Origin: Malacoraja senta | Lineage: Eukaryota | NCBI GenBank assembly: GCA_038087875.1 | Contig: JAXLNO010004884.1 | Coordinates: forward strand, 1-64,000 | Direction: 5' to 3' | Length of the DNA: 64,000 bases | Shown here: one piece after another, positions 60,606 to 64,000 of the stretch | Layout of the letters: each line of letters opens with the position of its first letter | How positions within the stretch are numbered: position 1 is the first letter of the stretch | Position numbers and translations under genes: made by a program | Notes under the pieces: generated by a model | The model's database searches: none | The model's input: only the letters and a program-made list of their open reading frames with translations | Told to the model about the DNA's origin: nothing

Positions 60606-61649
60606 TAGGTATGTTACAAAACTTACCTTCAGCGGCGCTGCAGTTCTGTCACTGCCCGTGTGCGCGATTTTGGCGCTTTTGAGAGGGGGGCGGGTTTAAA
60701 ATGCGATATTTCGGCAGCCTGTTCTAAATGATCTTGAACAGGCTAAATAGTTGATGAAGAAAAATCGCTTCGACTGCCGTTTTATTAAGTTTATTAATAT
60801 TAGCGCTTTATAATTTAATTGATGGAGTAAAATTAAAATCATCTTCAAATGCCGTAAACGCCGACAACGGGGACGGATTTCATGCACGGGACAAGGCAAG
60901 GTACACCATTTATTTTTTCATATAAACTTGCTTCTTAGGATGCCTTTAATAAAAATTTCAAGTTGCGAAAATGTGATTATTTAAGTATACCAACCGGCAG
61001 TATTTTTCCTGCCGATATTGGGGTTTAATTCAGTGCAACCGCAGCGTTACAAACCAGCGCGTTCCACAAAATCCCACTCGCAAGATGATTTAAATGGCCA
61101 TTAATTTACAGGAATTAAACACTAAATTCCTTCCATTTGGCCTATAAATTAATGACACTGAGATTTAAAAATAATGTTTTATTGTGAATTCTTGTGTGAA
61201 TGTTATTTGGACACTTAGGCTTTTTAAAAATGTTAACTTTTTCTTAAGAAATGGATAGATATTTAGATCTAGTAATTGAATTTTGTAATTAGCTACAATT
61301 GGTTAACTAACTAATTATATGCTTTAATTTCAGGTCATCCAAGTAAGATTGTTTCATATTTGTTTCAGAATGCTTCAATCTATAATAACTGAAAATTTCA
61401 TTAAGTTCTCTTAATTTTTAAGAAAGTTATGGGCTTTTGACTGTCCTTGATCACAGCTTTTGTGTTAAGTCAATGGAAAAGCAATAGGGAACAAGATGCT
61501 AATTTCCAAGTATGAAAATTGCCAAACTTTTTTAATACAGAAGATATGAAAGTGAATTAGGTGTCAAATTAAACTTCTTTTTATGCTTTATCTGATGGGA
61601 TAAATTGCAGACTTGATTTTTAAAATCTCAAAATTTTGTGACATTGCTA
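60606..61649. mobile_element. Non-autonomous DNA transposon with TAG termini and 4-bp TSD (Academ-like)
   Basis: catc|taggtatgttacaaaa ... ttttgtgacattgcta|catc; TIRs 13/16 identical; no transposase ORF. Confidence 0.6.
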
Positions 61650-61959
61650 CATCCCATGTAGTACATCCCATATTCCAAGATGCTTAAACTTTCTTTGTTT
61701 AGTGGTGTTGCTCTAAGTAATCACGTAATCAGCACCCACTCTCCACATGAGCAGAAGACTTTGTCAACAGAAAATTTATTAAAAGTAAGTAAATAAATAA
61801 CTAATATACAAGGAAGGAGTATTTGGGATTCTCAGTGGTGGAACTGATATCCATGAAATGTATGTTTAAATAAAAAATGAATCTTTCCTCATGATGTGAT
61901 GAACAGCAAGGCACTGGGGGAGTACATGCCCCAATCTGAATCAATAGTCTGAAGTGGAA

Positions 61960-62640
61960 ATGATTGAGAGCTTCGTGTTCCTTGGCATGAATTTATCCAA
62001 TATTCGGTCATGGACTGGCCACATAGCCAAGGAGGCACACCAACACCTCTACTTCCTCAGGAGACTGAGAATATTCATCATGTCTCTGGTTACTCCAGCA
62101 AACATCTATAGATGCTGCTAGAGAAAGCATGTTGTTGGGTTGCATCACATCTTGATTTGGGAACTGCACTGCCCAAGACTGCAAGAATATACAAAGAGTT
62201 AAAGATCATCACACAGCCCAGACTTCCCACTATTGACCCAATCTACACCAGGTTGCCTTGGAAAACGAGACTTATCCCACCTTTCTCACATTCCTCCTTC
62301 CTGCTCCCATCAGGCAACAGGTACTGAAAGTTGAAAATAAGCACTGCCAGACTCAGGAACACCCCCTTTCCACCTGTTAATAGGCTTCGGAAGGGTCCTT
62401 CCATAATGTAGGTTTAATGCCCGATTCACCTCAACCTCATTGAACATTGAACATTGTCTATGGAACTGATGTGTTACAACGCTGAGAACTATATTCTGTA
62501 CTCTGTATCCTCCTCTTTGCTCTATCTATTGTTTTTGAGTTTTTTATTTATCTATAGTATTATCTAATTTGTTTGGATAGCATACAAAACAAACCTTTGC
62601 ACTGTATCTTGAAACATCTGACATTAATAAAACTAAACCT
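61960..62640 (+). mobile_element. Rex1/Babar-type LINE 3' remnant
   Basis: gagcttcgtgttccttggc...aaggaggcacaccaacacctctacttcctcaggagactgaga (FLG...AHQ.LYFLRRL) and a ttgcactgtatct...aataaaactaaac tail. Confidence 0.6.
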
Positions 62641-64000
62641 AATGAAGTAAGTTCCCTGAAGCAAGTCACAGCTTCTGCAACGAAAAACAACTGCCTGACA
62701 AACAGCGATCGTAGTTTGATTCGAGGTATGCTGCACTAACCTACACAAATGCTCACTTTTGAAGATTCCCTCAAACAATGCACAACTAAGGAATCTGGTA
62801 TTTCACTCTGAAGACTGTTGACATACTCCAGAACATAATTTTCAACCTATCGATGTATCATCAGCAATCTAGGCTACAGCGCCACCAGTCCCTTCATCTG
62901 CTCTTAATACTAACGATAAGTAGTTCACTTTCTTGCATTGATTCCCATCCTGCAGTTGCAGTTTCCCAACCTGAACACTCCTTTAAGCCAACTCTCTGCT
63001 TGCTCTTAATTGTTTTTCCATTCATGCTAATTATTACCCGCAATGTCATAAGCCATGTGCCTTTGCATCACTTGATCAGATATCTTATGAAAATCCAGAT
63101 ATTGTGGCGACATCTGGTGGTCAGGCCACTTATTGCTAGAACCCTCGTCAGGGGAGCTGGGACTATCACGTGACAGGGTTTTGGTGGGAGTTGGTGATGA
63201 GTAAATCGCCAGTCAACTGGTGTGCCCGATAACAACGGCAGGAACTTTGCTCAAGTCCTTACTAAACGCGAGTGGGCCAAAACTGTATTTCTTTAAAAAA
63301 AACATTGATTTGTTCACGACGCTTGGATCTCTACAATATATTGTATTTCTTTTGTTTCTCATTCCAATTTTGTTACCTATTCTGCTTTTCCATCATTTTG
63401 TTTTTGAATTTTAGGCTGTACACACCTGCAAACTACTGCTGCTCAAATATACATTGTCTACGGGTTCCTGTTGCATTTTCAAAGAATTCTAATCAATTTC
63501 TCAAACAAAGTTTGAAGAAGGGTCCGTAAACGAAATGTCACCTGTCCATGTGTAGGGAGAAATTGCAAATGCTGGTATACACCGAAGATGGACACAAATT
63601 GCTGGAATAACTCAGCTGGTCAGGCAGCATTTCTGGAGAAAAGGAATAGGTGATGTTTCGGGTCACGATCCTTCTGACTGAGTCCATGTTCGCCAGAGAT
63701 GTTGCCTATTCCGCTGAGTTACTCCAGCATTTTGTGTCTATCATGTATATTCTTTCCACTGACTGGTTAGCATGAAACAAAAGCTTTTCACTGTACCTCA
63801 GTACTCTTGACAATAAACTAAACTAAAGCTTTTGTGTAAATCAGTATCTGCATCTCTTTCTTTCTACAATTTTCCTGTTAATGCCCTGTTAATGCACTTT
63901 ATTGTTTTGTTATTACTTAAATGTTCTGCCATTACTGAAAGGAATCCAGCATTTTTCCCTAAACAGATGTTAGTTTATATAGGGTTAAAGCTTTCTGCTT

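Noticed and set aside
62853-63530. Hydrophobic ORFs as possible MHC transmembrane exon
   Set aside because: No good phase-1 acceptor followed by a ~22-aa hydrophobic run and basic stop-transfer residues; the TM exon probably lies beyond the window.

Overview
Repeat-saturated vertebrate genomic DNA, most likely a cartilaginous fish such as a skate or ray (inferred from HE1-type V-SINEs, abundant CR1 and Penelope-derived repeats, and the MHC sequence). The only host gene I can support is a non-classical MHC class I heavy chain on the + strand. Its alpha1 (36475-36735), alpha2 (52913-53170) and alpha3 (60264-60530) exons are all phase 1 with GT-AG sites and splice into 262 open codons across introns of ~16.2 kb and ~7.1 kb. 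No convincing leader or transmembrane exon was found. The rest is nested transposable elements: three decayed copies of a spliced THAP/P-element transposase, a structurally complete DIRS1-type tyrosine-recombinase retrotransposon inside one of them, and a young L1 with a 17-bp TSD. There are also CR1, Rex1/Babar and RTE-type LINEs, tandem non-autonomous Helitrons, and a Buster/Charlie hAT carrying a second hAT. A very young non-autonomous LTR element, Harbinger- and Academ-like MITEs, and many Penelope-derived cassettes with hammerhead-ribozyme-like cores complete the picture. All calls are by eye; no database search was run.
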